A stretch of 32,000 bases of DNA from an uncultured archaeon (GTDB taxonomy: Archaea > Micrarchaeota > Micrarchaeia > Micrarchaeales > CABMGC01). The position numbers and the translations under genes are program-made. A model generated the notes under the pieces. The model did not search any database and was not told the origin of the DNA. It saw only the letters and a list, made by a program, of their open reading frames with translations. The stretch is taken from NCBI GenBank assembly GCA_963704435.1, contig OY969902.1, positions 690,001-722,000 on the forward strand, written 5' to 3'. Positions 31,917 through 32,000 of this stretch are shown piece by piece; position 1 is the stretch's first letter, and the number at the start of each line of letters is the position of its first letter.

Positions 31917-32000
31917 ATGGATATGGCTGAACGCTCGTCTTTCAAGATGTTCATAACCCCTGACGATTTCGCTAAGAAGGTGAATCCTGGCGAGGGATTA
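31917..32000 (+). CDS. hypothetical protein, 5' fragment only (continues beyond window end)
   Basis: ATG 31917 opens MDMAERSSFKMFITPDDFAKKVNPGEGL with no stop before the window ends. This is too short to classify. Confidence 0.3.
   Translation, partial: MDMAERSSFKMFITPDDFAKKVNPGEGL

Noticed and set aside
1-32000. Scan for CRISPR arrays, rRNA genes, IS elements or transposases, integrases, toxin-antitoxin pairs and known defence-system genes
   Set aside because: I found no regularly spaced repeats, rRNA-like conserved blocks, DDE or tyrosine-recombinase motifs, or recognisable defence genes by reading the ORFs. The only repeats are the 62-bp pair at 17771 and 18336, the period-12 PTTS repeat, and a short internal duplication at 24328 and 24383.

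Overview
This is an archaeal chromosomal segment. Diagnostic genes are EF-1alpha, the P0/P1 ribosomal stalk, Rpo7 and Spt4, NAC, deoxyhypusine synthase, and archaeal-type ProRS and GluRS. It is gene-dense and fairly GC-rich. A strong AAG/GAG/AGG/ATA codon bias produces many long shadow ORFs in the six-frame track. I call 41 CDS (2 run off the window edges) and three tRNAs: Ser-CGA with a 14-nt insert in the anticodon stem, Trp-CCA with a 71-nt intron, and Gln-UUG. I also call a few AT-rich promoter boxes, T-tract terminators and repeats. I saw no rRNA, CRISPR array, transposase or integrase. Most of the window is housekeeping: the L1-P0-P1 operon, tuf-rps10, metK, dys, proS, gltX, an IscU-like scaffold, PIN-rpo7-spt4 and FKBP. 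The rest is envelope and export genes: a processive-type GT2, UppP, four sequon-rich secreted or anchored proteins, an ABC-2 exporter, EamA and TspO. The most interesting observations are these. (1) An AT-rich islet lies next to tRNA-Trp. It holds two single-gene units, each preceded by the same 62-bp repeat, and that repeat begins with a copy of the tRNA-Trp 3' end. This looks like tandem integration scars with no integrase. (2) A 585-nt unrecognisable ORF exactly fills the normally absent gap between rpo7 and spt4. It has atypical codon usage and an RNase P CR-I-like motif. (3) An RHH protein and the adjacent CysD-like PP-loop ATPase share a C-terminal KLRALGY tail encoded by different codons. 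(4) The tRNA-Trp intron has box C-like motifs and anticodon complementarity. (5) A bacterial-type MetK, a tail-less P0, and two sulfatase-fold paralogs carry Thr at the nucleophile position. All family assignments come from reading motifs by eye. No database search was run.
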